From Spirochaetota bacterium (GTDB lineage Bacteria; Spirochaetota; UBA4802; UBA5550), in the NCBI GenBank assembly GCA_022709405.1, contig JAKLIV010000004.1, positions 6,652 through 70,651 of the forward strand: 64,000 nucleotides of DNA, written 5' to 3'. Shown in pieces: positions 63,887 to 64,000 of the stretch (the first letter of the stretch is position 1; every line of letters starts with the position of its first letter). Made by a program: the position numbers and the translations under genes. The notes under the pieces were generated by a model. That model was given only the letters and a program-made list of their open reading frames with translations. It was not told where the DNA came from and did no database searches.

Positions 63887-64000
63887 CTATTTCTTTTTGC
63901 TTCGATAATCGGCGATATATGCTTTCAGTTCGTCATAGAAACTTCTGGGAAATGTTTTACCGATGAACACCTTGTATCCTATCTCTGACTCCTTTCTCCA
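63887..64000 (-). CDS. 3' end of an upstream gene (37 codons), probably the TRAP solute-binding protein
   Basis: The frame is open to the window edge: WRKESEIGYKVFIGKTFPRSFYDELKAYIADYRSKKK*. Assignment is by operon context only. Confidence 0.35.
   Translation of the reverse strand, partial: WRKESEIGYKVFIGKTFPRSFYDELKAYIADYRSKKK

Noticed and set aside
1-64000. Search by eye for tRNA, rRNA, CRISPR arrays, integrase/transposase genes and IS elements
   Set aside because: I recognised none. Intergenic regions are short or AT-rich, with no cloverleaf-like GC-rich segments. A tRNAscan/Infernal run would be needed to exclude them formally.

Overview
The window holds the right ~28.4 kb of a contractile-tailed (myovirus-type) prophage, followed by ~35.6 kb of chromosome from a diderm, probably anaerobic bacterium. 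All calls rest on reading the ORF translations and the DNA by eye. No database search was run, so family names are motif- or synteny-level recognitions.

Prophage (1 to ~28400, late genes all on +):
- a low-GC accessory island on the minus strand
- an XRE + ImmA/IrrE (HEISH) switch with a textbook sigma70 promoter and two 6-7-6 palindromic operators
- an Xis-like HTH gene, then a 260-bp non-coding stretch with four 9-bp-phased GGACAA repeats and two strong hairpins
- small terminase and GpA-type large terminase
- a portal fused to a MuF domain, carrying an extra basic, low-GC C-terminal module followed by an acidic ORF (polymorphic-toxin/immunity-like)
- protease-scaffold, decoration protein, major capsid and connector genes
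- a membrane-protein moron with its own terminator
- sheath, tube, and a chaperone with an A_AAA_AAG -1 frameshift site
- tape measure, LysM protein, baseplate set, tail fibre plus chaperone, and an orphan Dam methylase

No integrase or transposase, replication genes, or recognisable endolysin lie inside the window. The left end of the prophage is outside it. The prophage abuts a 5'-truncated MMPL/RND-type exporter gene whose partner genes (LolA-like, DUF1302-like) are intact.

Chromosome, in order:
- hisG, a FadL-like outer-membrane protein, and a 1534-aa lipoprotein with 13 Big_2 repeats
- a membrane-anchored AraC regulator, a SAM methyltransferase, and an ECF sigma/anti-sigma pair
- a short CDF-type transporter, two vWA proteins, AlkD-like and IclR genes
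- a 61-aa stand-alone MshEN (c-di-GMP-binding type) protein
- a complete speA/CASDH/CANSDC/speB spermidine operon
- a tandem-domain ThyX translationally overlapped with an MCP
- a five-gene overlapping operon joining a NarI-like membrane protein, a 2x[4Fe-4S] protein and a tetrahaem cytochrome c3 to MetV-MetF
- a fused TRAP permease

The most interesting candidates are the metFV redox operon, the MuF-linked toxin/immunity-like cassette, the low-GC accessory island, the minimal MshEN protein and the prophage/exporter junction. I saw no tRNA, rRNA or CRISPR array.
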